NCBI GenBank assembly: GCA_014653775.1 | Contig: JACWEA010000003.1 | Span: forward strand, 603 to 64,602 | Length of the DNA stretch: 64,000 nt | Origin: Pelagibacterales bacterium SAG-MED30 | GTDB taxonomy: Bacteria; Pseudomonadota; Alphaproteobacteria; Pelagibacterales; Pelagibacteraceae | Direction: 5' to 3' | In this document: positions 49,454 through 59,196 of the stretch, one piece after another | Layout: each line of letters opens with the position of its first letter | Position numbering within the stretch: the first letter of the stretch is position 1 | Program-made: the position numbers and the translations under genes | The notes under the pieces: model-generated | Told to the model about the DNA's origin: nothing | Seen by the model: only the letters and a program-made list of their open reading frames with translations | Database searches by the model: none

Positions 49454-51850
49454 TTATGCAACCATACTTTCAGCTTTTTGTAAATCTACTGCAACTAATT
49501 GGCTTATTCCTTTTTCTGGCATTGTTACACCATATAATCTGTTCATTTTTGACATTGTTAAAGCATGGTGGGTTACAATTATAAATTTTGTATTTGTTAT
49601 TTTAGTTAACTCTTCAAGTAAATTACAAAATCTTGTTACATTAGCATCATCTAGAGGAGCATCTACCTCGTCTAAAACACAAATTGGAGATGGATTTGTT
49701 AAAAATACAGCAAAGATTAAAGATAAAGCGGTCAACGCTTGTTCACCTCCAGACAATAAGGTTATAGACTGAAGTCTTTTACCTGGAGGGCTTACCAGCA
49801 TTTCTAATCCAGCTTCCAGAGGGTCATCAGAGTCAACTAATTCAAGTTTTGCATTACCTCCATTAAACAGTTTTGTGTAAACTTCATTGAACTTTCTATT
49901 AACTTTTTCAAAAGCTTCAATTAGTCTTTCTCTTCCTTTTTGATTTAGTTCGCTAATACTATCTTTCAATTTAACTATAGCTGTTACAAGATCAGTTCTA
50001 TCATCCTCCATTTTTTTTATTTCTATTTCATATTTATTTGTCTCTTCATCAGCTTTTAAATTTACTGAACCTAATTTTTCTCTTTCTTGTTTTTTTTTAT
50101 CTAACAAATCTTCTTGATCAACCGCGATTGGCAGTTCTTCAACACCATTTAAATTTGAATTTTCTAAAATATTATTCTCTGTTAAGTTTAGTTCAGAATT
50201 AATTCTATCAAGTAGATCTATTTTTCTTTTATTTAAACCTTCAACAGTTGCACTAGAACTTGCTTTTCTTTCTCTTATTTGAATAGACTGTTCTTGAATT
50301 TCATTTAGTTGAGATCTAAGATTTTCTATTTTTTCATCTGTAGAATTAATAATAAACTCATTTTCAGTTTTTTCCTTTTCTGATATTCTTAGACCTTCAG
50401 AAATTTGTCCCTTTTTTTCAGCCTGTATCTCTGGTTGGTTATCTAATTTTTCTAATTGTAAATTTAATTTATTTTTTCTTTCTGATAATTCTGTTACCAT
50501 TTTTTCGGAATTTGATAATAAATTTTTCCAGCTTTGAATTTCTTTATCTATAATGCCTATTCTTTCATTTCTTTTTACAGAGTCTTTCTTAATATTTTCG
50601 TTTTTACTATAGCTGTCAGCATATTCTTCGATAATTATTTTACAGTTATCAAGAACAGAAATTGCTTCCTCATTTTTTTTTAAATTAATTAATTCTTTTA
50701 CTTTATCTATCTCCAATTTTAGCTTATTTTTAGCAATGTCTAAATCTTTATTAGATTGTTTTTCAGTTTCATAATACTTTGAGTCAATATCAATAAGTTC
50801 AGTTTTTTCTTCCTTAAGTCTTTTTTCGTTTGATTTTGCATCAATAACTATTCCTTTTTCTCTACCTATATCTTCATCAAATGTTTGAAGAGAATTTTTT
50901 ATATTTTCTATCTCATCTTGAATTCTAGTATTTTCTTCATCAAGACCTTGAAGTTCTAAGTTTAATCTTTGTATTTTTGAGAGATTTTCAATATTTTTTT
51001 CTCTTAAAGGAGCCACTTTATCAGTTTCAGATTTAATCAAGTTTTCTAATTCTGAAATTTTAGTATTAAAACCACTAACTTCTCCTTCAGCTTCTATGTT
51101 AATTTCATTTTCTATTGTAATTTCTTTATCTATCTCTAATAATTTTAAGTAATATAGACCTGCCTCAATTTTTTTTATTTGTTCTGTAATTAATTTATAT
51201 TTAGTGGCCTCTTCTGCTTGTTTTTGAAGATTTAAAAGTTGCCTTTCCTGTTGTTTTCTTAATTCGTCTGCTCTTTTTAAATTATTTTCTGCAGCTCCTA
51301 ATCTTAGTTCAGCCTCATGTCTTCTAACATGCAAACCAGAAATTCCAGCTGCTTCCTCTAAGATTGCTCTTCTGTCAGTTGGTTTTGCAGTTACAAGAGC
51401 TCCAATTCTACCTTGGCTTATTATTGATGGTGAATGAGCTCCTGTTGATAGATCTGCAAAAAACATTTGAGCATCTCTAGCTCTTACCTCTTTTTCATTA
51501 ATAAAAAATTTCGAACCTTTATCTTTTTCTATTTTTCTTCTAATACAAATTTCATCTAATTCTCTATATTTAATAGGCCCTTCATTATTATCATTTTCAA
51601 CTGTTATAGAAACTTCGGCTATATTTTTTGATGCTTTATTTGAGGTTCCAGAAAATATTACATCTTCCATTCCAGATCCTCTCATACTCTTCGCAGATGT
51701 TTCGCCCATTGCCCATTTTAAAGATTCTACTATATTTGATTTTCCACATCCATTAGGACCAACAATTCCAGTAAGACCTTCTTCAATTAAGAAACTTGTT
51801 TTATCAGCAAAAGATTTAAATCCATTAAGTTGGATTTTTTTAAACTCCAT
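49454..51850 (-). CDS. smc: Chromosome segregation protein SMC (unusually short, 798 aa)
   Basis: GFKSF, GPNGCGKSN, LEEAAG, LGSVNL.A.EE, LSGGEQ, LDEVDAPLD, LYGVTM. Confidence 0.93.
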   Translation of the reverse strand: MEFKKIQLNGFKSFADKTSFLIEEGLTGIVGPNGCGKSNIVESLKWAMGETSAKSMRGSGMEDVIFSGTSNKASKNIAEVSITVENDNNEGPIKYRELDEICIRRKIEKDKGSKFFINEKEVRARDAQMFFADLSTGAHSPSIISQGRIGALVTAKPTDRRAILEEAAGISGLHVRRHEAELRLGAAENNLKRADELRKQQERQLLNLQKQAEEATKYKLITEQIKKIEAGLYYLKLLEIDKEITIENEINIEAEGEVSGFNTKISELENLIKSETDKVAPLREKNIENLSKIQRLNLELQGLDEENTRIQDEIENIKNSLQTFDEDIGREKGIVIDAKSNEKRLKEEKTELIDIDSKYYETEKQSNKDLDIAKNKLKLEIDKVKELINLKKNEEAISVLDNCKIIIEEYADSYSKNENIKKDSVKRNERIGIIDKEIQSWKNLLSNSEKMVTELSERKNKLNLQLEKLDNQPEIQAEKKGQISEGLRISEKEKTENEFIINSTDEKIENLRSQLNEIQEQSIQIRERKASSSATVEGLNKRKIDLLDRINSELNLTENNILENSNLNGVEELPIAVDQEDLLDKKKQEREKLGSVNLKADEETNKYEIEIKKMEDDRTDLVTAIVKLKDSISELNQKGRERLIEAFEKVNRKFNEVYTKLFNGGNAKLELVDSDDPLEAGLEMLVSPPGKRLQSITLLSGGEQALTALSLIFAVFLTNPSPICVLDEVDAPLDDANVTRFCNLLEELTKITNTKFIIVTHHALTMSKMNRLYGVTMPEKGISQLVAVDLQKAESMVA

Positions 51851-51858
51851 GCATTAAC

Positions 51859-52434
51859 TTATATCAGTTTTTCTAGAGTTTTTTTTAAATTTTTATAATT
51901 AAGGGATTTTTCAAACTTTTCATTATTAATAATTATCGTAGGAGTAGCATTTACTTTAAATTTTGAAGCACCTTCGATTCGATCATTTAAAACAAAATCC
52001 TCAATTTTTTTATCATTAATACACTTTTCAAAATTAATTTCAAAACCAGCTTTTTTAATAAATTTTTTAAGATTTTCATTCACCAATTCTATTGTATTAC
52101 CTTTTATCCATTCTTTTTGATTTGAATATAAGCTTTTAAGAATTTCTAAACTTTGATCTTGTTTACATTGGGCAATCTTTGATGCATTAAATGCTGCCAC
52201 ATCTAAAGGGAAATGCCTAAACTCTATTTTTGCTAATCCAGTATCAAGATAATCTTTTTTTAATTGCGGATAAACATCTTTATGGAAATCTGCACAATGA
52301 CTACAAGTTAAAGACTCATAAGCAATTATCGTTATCTTGGCATTTAAGTTTCCTGAAACTATTCTTTTTATTTCAGCGTTTGTATAAGATACTGAGCCTA
52401 AAAGAAGGATCAAGATCAAGAAAATTTTTTTCAT
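51859..52434 (-). CDS. DsbA-family thiol-disulfide oxidoreductase
   Basis: Signal peptide, YESLTCSHCADFH, RHFPLD, ATPT. Confidence 0.9.
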   Translation of the reverse strand: MKKIFLILILLLGSVSYTNAEIKRIVSGNLNAKITIIAYESLTCSHCADFHKDVYPQLKKDYLDTGLAKIEFRHFPLDVAAFNASKIAQCKQDQSLEILKSLYSNQKEWIKGNTIELVNENLKKFIKKAGFEINFEKCINDKKIEDFVLNDRIEGASKFKVNATPTIIINNEKFEKSLNYKNLKKTLEKLI

Positions 52435-52919
52435 TTTTGTTTAAATACTTTCGTTAATTCAAGTAATGATTTCTTAATTTTTTCATTTTTAACATCATCT
52501 ATTTTTTTTTTAAATCTACTATTTGTCACATTATTTTTTTGATCTTTTTTTTTTGAAAAAAAATTATTTTCATCATCAAAACTATTAAATTTTAGTTTTT
52601 CAACAACAGTATATCCAAAAAAACTATTCATTTTATCAACAATTTCTTTTTTTGAATATTCTAAGTCAACTTCATGACCTCTTCTTACCATTATATATAG
52701 AGTGCTAACACCGAATCTATTTGAATTTTTAAATGACTTTGGATAACAAACATCAAATAAATTTTCACCCACAATATATTTCCAATTATTTATAGTTTCA
52801 GAATAAATATGACCTTTTTTATTAATAACTCTTTTAATATTTTTTGGCAAAGTGTCTTTAAAAGATCTTAATCCTTGAATGCTTCCATTTCTCTGCTTAG
52901 TATATTTTTTAAATTGCAT
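52431..52919 (-). CDS. DUF721/DciA-family protein
   Basis: NNWKYIVG, tLYI.V..G...dLEY....IVDKMNSFFGY..V pattern; usual alphaproteobacterial position between mutY and dsbA-smc. Confidence 0.75.
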   Translation of the reverse strand: MQFKKYTKQRNGSIQGLRSFKDTLPKNIKRVINKKGHIYSETINNWKYIVGENLFDVCYPKSFKNSNRFGVSTLYIMVRRGHEVDLEYSKKEIVDKMNSFFGYTVVEKLKFNSFDDENNFFSKKKDQKNNVTNSRFKKKIDDVKNEKIKKSLLELTKVFKQK

Positions 52920-53900
52920 ATGAAAGATCAATTAGTAACAAAAAAAATTCTTAAATGGTACGATTTAAATAAAAGATCATTACCGTGGCGAAAAAATGTT
53001 ACTTTTCAAAAAAGACAGTATTACACATTAGTAAGTGAATTTATGTTACAACAAACACAGGTTGCAACAGTTATTCCTTATTTTAATCGATTTATAAAAG
53101 ATATCCCAAATTTAAAAGCTCTCTCAAAAGTCCAGAATAAAAAATTATTAAAAATATGGGAAGGACTTGGATACTATTCTAGATCTAGAAATCTAAAAAA
53201 AACTGCACAAAAAATTATTAAAAACTTTAACGGAAAGTTGCCTGATAATTTTGAAGATTTGATATCACTTCCTGGTATAGGAAACTATACCGCAAATGCA
53301 ATTTTATCAATAGCATTTGATAAACCTTATATTCCATTGGATGGAAATATAGAAAGAGTTTTAAAGCGATATTTGTATTTAAAAAAAGAGAGAGATATTC
53401 AAAAAGATAATCTTATAAAAAAAAAATCTATATTAGGAATGTCATCAAGACCTAGTGATTACGCTCAGGCTTTAATGGAATTAGGAGCGTTAATTTGTAA
53501 ACCAACCAATCCTTTATGTCAACGATGTCCTATTTCAAATAAGTGTAAGTCATTAATGAAAAAAGATTTTAAATTAACAAAAAAAAATAAAAAAAACATA
53601 AACAAGTACTTTCTTTTAAAAGTTTATAAAAAAAATCAAAGATATTTATTAATTAAAAATACTAAGTTTAATTTTTTAAAAAATTTAACGATCTTTCCTA
53701 TGGAAGAGTTATCAAAACCAAAAAATTTTGATGAAAATTTAAACTTTAAAATGTCAAATATGAACATGAATATAAAAATTAAATATGTGAAAAATACTAG
53801 AAAATTTCAAACACCTTATTGGATAAATGAAAATAAGTTAGACGATTACATACTACCATCATTTACAAAAAAAATTGTAAAATATTTAGAGAGAAATTAA
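52920..53900 (+). CDS. mutY: A/G-specific adenine glycosylase
   Basis: RSLPWR, SEFMLQQTQV, WEGLGYYSR, LPGIGNYTA, CKPTNPLCQRCPISNKC Fe-S motif; start adjusted to 52920. Confidence 0.95.
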   Translation: MKDQLVTKKILKWYDLNKRSLPWRKNVTFQKRQYYTLVSEFMLQQTQVATVIPYFNRFIKDIPNLKALSKVQNKKLLKIWEGLGYYSRSRNLKKTAQKIIKNFNGKLPDNFEDLISLPGIGNYTANAILSIAFDKPYIPLDGNIERVLKRYLYLKKERDIQKDNLIKKKSILGMSSRPSDYAQALMELGALICKPTNPLCQRCPISNKCKSLMKKDFKLTKKNKKNINKYFLLKVYKKNQRYLLIKNTKFNFLKNLTIFPMEELSKPKNFDENLNFKMSNMNMNIKIKYVKNTRKFQTPYWINENKLDDYILPSFTKKIVKYLERN

Positions 53901-55045
53901 TGAAAAAAATAGCGATCATAGGTGCTGGAATTTCAGGATTATTCATTGCTAATTTACTCAAAAAAAATCCTAATTATCAAATTACTATCTATGAAAAAAA
54001 TACCTCAATTAATTTAGATGAGGGTTATGGTGTACAATTATCAGTTAACAGTATCAAACTTTTAAATGAAATTGGATTTGAAAAATTACATAATAATGAA
54101 AAATTTACTCCAGAAAAAATCAATTTTTATTCAAATAAAAGCTTAGATAAAATATGTGAGTTAGATATCACAGAATTTAATTCAGAAGATTGTAAGTATA
54201 CCACTTTAAAAAGATCATCTTTAATAAATTTTTTAAAAACAGACTTAGAATGTTTGATAAGGACTGGTTATAACATTTCAAAAATAGACCAACAAGACAA
54301 AAAAATTAAACTTTCTTTTGAAGATGCTGAAGTAAAAGAATGTGATTATTTAATTATTTCTGACGGAGTTTTTTCAAAAAGTAAAAGTATTATGTCTAAA
54401 GATGAAGCAAAACCTAAATATAATAATACATTAGCAATTAGAGGCATCTTGAATAAATCTCCTGAAAATATTGATAGTAAAAATATCGCTCTATTTTTAG
54501 GTTCAGACTTTCATCACGTAGTTTATCCAGTCAGTCCAAATGGAGACTTAAATTTTATAGCCATAATGAAATACCAACTCTCAATAGAAGAACAAAAAAA
54601 TTACTCTTTATTCAGTGATAATTCATTTATCAAAAAAGTATTAAAAAAATTTCCTTCAAGAAATAAAAGCTTTTTAGATGATCTAAAAGAATTAAAAATA
54701 TTTCCAGTATTTGTAAGTGAAAATTTCTATAAATTACAAAATAATAATATTCATTTTATTGGTGATGCTTTTTTTGCTTTTCCACCATCATTTGCTCAGG
54801 GCGCATCGCAGTCTATAGAAGGTGCTTATGATTTATTTAAAAGTATCGAAAATAGTACAGAAAGTAATTTTTTTAAGAATAGAGTTAACAAAACAAAAAT
54901 GGTTAATATCAGATCAAAATTTAATCAGTTTGCTTTCCATTTATCTAATCCTGTAACAATTTTTTTTAGAAATATCTTTTTGAAAAGACTTGTTAAAAAC
55001 AAAAAATTTTTAGAGTCTTACTTGGGAAAAGTGTACAGAAATTAA
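53900..55045 (+). CDS. FAD-dependent monooxygenase (class A flavoprotein hydroxylase)
   Basis: IIGAGISG, SDGVFS (DG motif), IGDA...PPSFAQGASQSIE (GD motif). Confidence 0.85.
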   Translation: MKKIAIIGAGISGLFIANLLKKNPNYQITIYEKNTSINLDEGYGVQLSVNSIKLLNEIGFEKLHNNEKFTPEKINFYSNKSLDKICELDITEFNSEDCKYTTLKRSSLINFLKTDLECLIRTGYNISKIDQQDKKIKLSFEDAEVKECDYLIISDGVFSKSKSIMSKDEAKPKYNNTLAIRGILNKSPENIDSKNIALFLGSDFHHVVYPVSPNGDLNFIAIMKYQLSIEEQKNYSLFSDNSFIKKVLKKFPSRNKSFLDDLKELKIFPVFVSENFYKLQNNNIHFIGDAFFAFPPSFAQGASQSIEGAYDLFKSIENSTESNFFKNRVNKTKMVNIRSKFNQFAFHLSNPVTIFFRNIFLKRLVKNKKFLESYLGKVYRN

Positions 55046-56112
55046 TTTTTTGAAATTAATTTTTGTCTCAAATGATCGATTGGGACTACAGCGCCATCCA
55101 AATTATAGTGCCAATAAGTCCACCCATTACAGCTCTCAGCACCTAAAATTGTGGCTGCTACTTTATGAATTGATCCTTCAGTTTGAGCATGTTTAATACT
55201 GCCATCAGCCATTATTTTTGCGCTTATTTTCTTCTTATTATCAAAAATAGTAGTACCTGGTTTAATTATTCCTAATTCAACTAATGAGCCAAAAGGTATT
55301 CTTGGTTTAGATCTACCGTTCTTTAGAGTATCTAAATAATCGTCCTCTATAGGTTTTGCTTTCCTTAATCTTTTTTCAGCAGCTTTAAAATAAGCTTTTT
55401 CCTTCTCTATACCGTAATAATTTCTACCTAATTTTTTCGCAACTGTTGCAGTTGTTCCAGAACCTAGAAAAGGGTCTAACACTAGATCATTTTTATTTGA
55501 AGTTGCTAATAAGATTCTATGAAGTAAAGCCTCAGGTTTTTGAGTTGAATGAATTTTTTTTCCATTCTTTTTTAACCTTTCTGTTCCATTACAAATTGGC
55601 AAATCCCAATTAGATCTCATTTGAAGATCATCATTTAAGCATTTTAAAGATTGATAGTTGAAAGTATATTTTGATTTTTCAGATTTTGATGCCCAAATTA
55701 AAGTTTCATGGGCATTAGTAAAACGCGTTCCTCTAAAATTTGGCATTGGATTTTTTTTATTCCAAATAACATCATTTAAAATCCAAAAGCCTAAATTTTG
55801 AATTGCGGTACCAACTCTAAAAATATTGTGATAGCTACCAATAACCCAAATAGTTCCATTCTTTTTTAATATTCTTTTGCATTCACTTAACCAAGCATAA
55901 GTAAAATCATCATACTCTTTTAAATTTTCAAATTGATCCCACTTGTCATTTACAGCGCTAACCTTAGATCTATCTGGTCTGGTTAATTCACTTTTTAATT
56001 GTAAATTGTAAGGTGGATCAGCAAAAATTAAATCAAAAGACTCATCAGGAATTTTTTTCAATTCTTTTAAGCTATCTCCGTTGATTAATTTATTTTTTAA
56101 ACTTAAGTTCAT
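55042..56112 (-). CDS. ccrM: Cell-cycle-regulated adenine DNA methyltransferase (GANTC)
   Basis: FADPPYNLQL, NPMPNFRGTRFTNAHETLIW, HSTQKPE, DPFLGSGTT, C-terminal GSIHKV...CNGWTYW domain; start adjusted to the ATG at 56112. Confidence 0.95.
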   Translation of the reverse strand: MNLSLKNKLINGDSLKELKKIPDESFDLIFADPPYNLQLKSELTRPDRSKVSAVNDKWDQFENLKEYDDFTYAWLSECKRILKKNGTIWVIGSYHNIFRVGTAIQNLGFWILNDVIWNKKNPMPNFRGTRFTNAHETLIWASKSEKSKYTFNYQSLKCLNDDLQMRSNWDLPICNGTERLKKNGKKIHSTQKPEALLHRILLATSNKNDLVLDPFLGSGTTATVAKKLGRNYYGIEKEKAYFKAAEKRLRKAKPIEDDYLDTLKNGRSKPRIPFGSLVELGIIKPGTTIFDNKKKISAKIMADGSIKHAQTEGSIHKVAATILGAESCNGWTYWHYNLDGAVVPIDHLRQKLISKN

Positions 56113-56128
56113 TTGTAAATAATAATTA

Positions 56129-56177
56129 GACTCCAAAAAGATTCTTGGGTCAACCTACGATTGAATTATTTAGATTC
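56129..56177. promoter_or_regulatory. Cluster of three GANTC methylation sites upstream of ccrM
   Basis: GACTC 56129-56133, GATTC 56140-56144, GATTC 56173-56177. Confidence 0.65.
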
Positions 56178-56214
56178 GATTAGTATAAATTTTTTAAATG
56201 ATAACTATATATTG

Positions 56215-56231
56215 TGTTTCCACGTGAAACT
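56215..56231. other. parS-like palindrome
   Basis: TGTTTCCACGTGAAACT; 13/16 match to TGTTNCACGTGAAACA, intergenic between ccrM and rnhB. Confidence 0.4.
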
Positions 56232-56785
56232 TATTTTCTTATTGGGGCAAAGGTTTTTCTATGATGTTTACTAACTCCAAGTTTTTTTATAGCTCCCAAA
56301 TGTTGTTTTGTACCATACCCAAAATTTAAATGCCAATAATACCCTGAGTTTTTTTTAGCTAGTGAAGTTATAAATTTATCTCTAGAAACTTTAGCAATAA
56401 TTGAAGCAGCAGAAATTACTGGTATTTTTTGATCACCTTTTACAATTGCTTTCATTTTGAAATTTTTTAGATCTGGAAGTTTATTACCATCTATTAAAAT
56501 ATATGAGGGTTTTTTCTTTAATTTATTTATTGCTCTTTTCATTGCTAGTAAACTAGCTTGTAAGATATTAATTTTGTCAATTTCTTTATTAGATGCTTTT
56601 CCAATAGCCCAAATTGAATTTTTTTTTATATAATTAGATAAAAATTCCCTTTTTTCTTTAGTTAACTTCTTAGAATCTTTTAAATATTTAAGATTTATGG
56701 TCTTATTCAAAATTACCGCTGCAGCATAGACAGGGCCAATTAGACTTCCTCTACCAACTTCATCTACACCAGCAATAATTTTCAT
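56231..56785 (-). CDS. rnhB: Ribonuclease HII
   Basis: AGVDEVGRG, DSKKL, IDGN, ISAASIIAKVSRD, GYGT..H, HRKTF. Confidence 0.96.
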   Translation of the reverse strand: MKIIAGVDEVGRGSLIGPVYAAAVILNKTINLKYLKDSKKLTKEKREFLSNYIKKNSIWAIGKASNKEIDKINILQASLLAMKRAINKLKKKPSYILIDGNKLPDLKNFKMKAIVKGDQKIPVISAASIIAKVSRDKFITSLAKKNSGYYWHLNFGYGTKQHLGAIKKLGVSKHHRKTFAPIRK

Positions 56786-57477
56786 TAAATTTGAATTTTT
56801 AAATCTTCAATTTTTAGTTTTATTTTCTTAAGATCTTCCCACGAATATTTCTTATTTTCTGGAAATCTAATTAGGTAAGATGGGTTAAACGTAATTATAA
56901 AAGGATATGTTTTGTTTTTTAGAATAATTTCTTTCCATTTACCTCTTTCATTTGAAATTTTTGAGCTTGATGAAGTAATCGATTCCATAGCAGTACTACC
57001 AAATAAAATTAGAACTTTAGGATCAATAATTGATATATGCTCTTTCAAAAAAACTGAATATCTTTTTATTTCTTGAGATGTAGGTTTTCTATCTTCAGGT
57101 GGTCTAAAATTTATTGCATAAGTAGAATAGATTTTTTCTTTTTTAATATTAATTGCTAATAACATTTTTTTTAGCAGTGAACCATCTTCTCCTTGAAATG
57201 TTTTACCATTCTTTTCCTCTTCTAAACTTGGTGCTTCACCCACTATCATTATTGGGCTATTAATATTGCCATCGCCAAAAATAAAATTTTTTGATTTTTC
57301 TTTTAAATTACAATTTTGAATTGAATTTATTTGTTTTTTTAGTTGATTGATTTGCTCATTTTTATTTAAATCATTTTTTATAATATTCGAATTGTTAATT
57401 TTAAATCTATTTATTGGATTTTTACTAAAAATAAAATCTGCTTCTATTGAATTTATTAATTTTTCTTTATATGTCAT
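56785..57477 (-). CDS. Uracil-DNA glycosylase family 4-like protein (divergent)
   Basis: FGDGN..SPIMIVGEAP, RPP..R.PT..EI, RGKW, TFNPSYLIR. Confidence 0.8.
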   Translation of the reverse strand: MTYKEKLINSIEADFIFSKNPINRFKINNSNIIKNDLNKNEQINQLKKQINSIQNCNLKEKSKNFIFGDGNINSPIMIVGEAPSLEEEKNGKTFQGEDGSLLKKMLLAINIKKEKIYSTYAINFRPPEDRKPTSQEIKRYSVFLKEHISIIDPKVLILFGSTAMESITSSSSKISNERGKWKEIILKNKTYPFIITFNPSYLIRFPENKKYSWEDLKKIKLKIEDLKIQI

Positions 57478-57509
57478 AATCTAAATAAGTGATTTTAAAC
57501 CATATTAAT

Positions 57510-59196
57510 ATGATTAGTAAAAAAATTAAAATAATTTTTATCTTCCTGTTATTCTATCAGAGCCCTTTATTATCTAAAAGTAATAACTTTAATGACTTTA
57601 ATTCCAAAAATATATCCAAATATTTTTCTGGAATAGTTGCCTATGAGAATAAAGATAATTCCAATGCTTTAAATTATTTTAATTCATCTAAAATTTTACT
57701 TGATAGACACGATCCTTATTTAGAAAAATTTGTAATGTCTCTAGTTTTAGAGAATAAAGTAGCTCAGGCGATTAATAATATTAAGTTAAATAAAGAAAAA
57801 AAAAATTCAGAGTTTTTTGAAGCATATTTATTACTAGCTTTAGATAGTCTAAAAAAAAATAATATAGACCAAGCTATTGATATATTATCTGGAGTTCCTG
57901 AATTTTTACAAAAAAATAGGTATAATTATATTATTTTAAGCTCTTTAAAAAAGTATCTTTACGTTTTTAAAGAAAAGAAAATTTTAAAGTCAAAAGAAAA
58001 TTTAGGTAATTTTACTTTAATTAACGAAACTTTTCAGAGGTGTTATTTAGGAGATCAAAAAACAGATTCTTTTTTTTTCTAATTTAACTAATAATAGTCA
58101 AGACGATTATTCACGCTATATTTATTTTTACTTAACCTATTTGATTGAAAATAATAAACTAGAAGAGGCAGAAATTATAACTAATGACCTGGATTATATT
58201 AATTCAACTTTGTTATTATCACAGGGAAAAAGTTGGGTTAATGGAGGAGAATTTAAAAAATTTAATGAAATTTTTTCATGTAAAAATTATCATGACGTTA
58301 TAGGTGAATTTTTATTTTTAATTTCTAATATTTATTCTTCTCAAGATGAATTTGAAAAATCAAACTTTTACTTAAGACTTTCAATTTACTCGAACCCTAA
58401 GTTTATATTTAATTTATCTCTTATTGCTGAAAATTTATATTCAAACGAAAATTATAAAAAAGCTAATGAAATTTTGCAGAGTTTTAACAAAGATCAAGAA
58501 TTTTATTACTGGTATAGAATAAAAAAAGAATCTCAAATTATTTCTAAAACAAGAAATCAAAATGAAAGTTTAAATTATATTATATCAAAATTTGAAAAAT
58601 TTAAAAATCCAAACAATAAATTCATATTCGATGTTGCTAATTTTTATAAAAAATCAAAAAAATATTCTGAAGCAATTAAATATTATTCTTTAATTATCAA
58701 TTCTCTTGACGAAAATTCAGCTTTAAAATCTGATTTATTATATCGAAGAGGGGCAAGTTATGAAAGATTAAAAGATTATGAAAGTGCAGATAAAGATTTA
58801 TTGCATTCATTAAAAATAGAACCAGATAATGCTTATGTTTTAAACTACATAGCATATTCATGGCTTGAAAGAGATTATAAAATAGATGAAGCAATCCAAA
58901 TGTTAGAAAAAGCTTATGCGAACGAAAGCAATGATCCTTATATTATCGATTCAATTGGTTGGGCTTATTATTTAGTGGATGATTTTATAAAGGCAGAAAA
59001 ATTTTTAAAAAGAGCAGTGGAACTAATGCCAGAAGATCCAATTGTAAGTGATCATTATGGAGACATATTGTGGAAATTAGATAGAAAAATTCAAGCAAGA
59101 TATTTTTGGTCAATGGCTTTAGAAATGAAAAATATTGAAGAAGAACTAATTATTAAGATTAATAATAAGTTAATTATAGGACCTGAAAAATCTTGA
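57510..59196 (+). pseudogene. Secreted TPR-repeat protein split by a +1 frameshift in a T9 run (or a sequencing error)
   Basis: ORFs 57489-58082 and 58141-59196 join (DSFFSNLTNNSQDDYSRYIYFYLTYLIENN) if one T is removed from 58070-58078. C-terminal TPRs: LNYIAYSW, YIIDSIGWAYY, DHYGDILW. Lies directly upstream of ispE as in other alphaproteobacteria. Confidence 0.8.

Noticed and set aside
55042-56112. DNA methyltransferase as part of a restriction-modification or defence system
   Set aside because: Motifs and C-terminal domain identify the orphan CcrM; no adjacent endonuclease, and the flanks are housekeeping genes.
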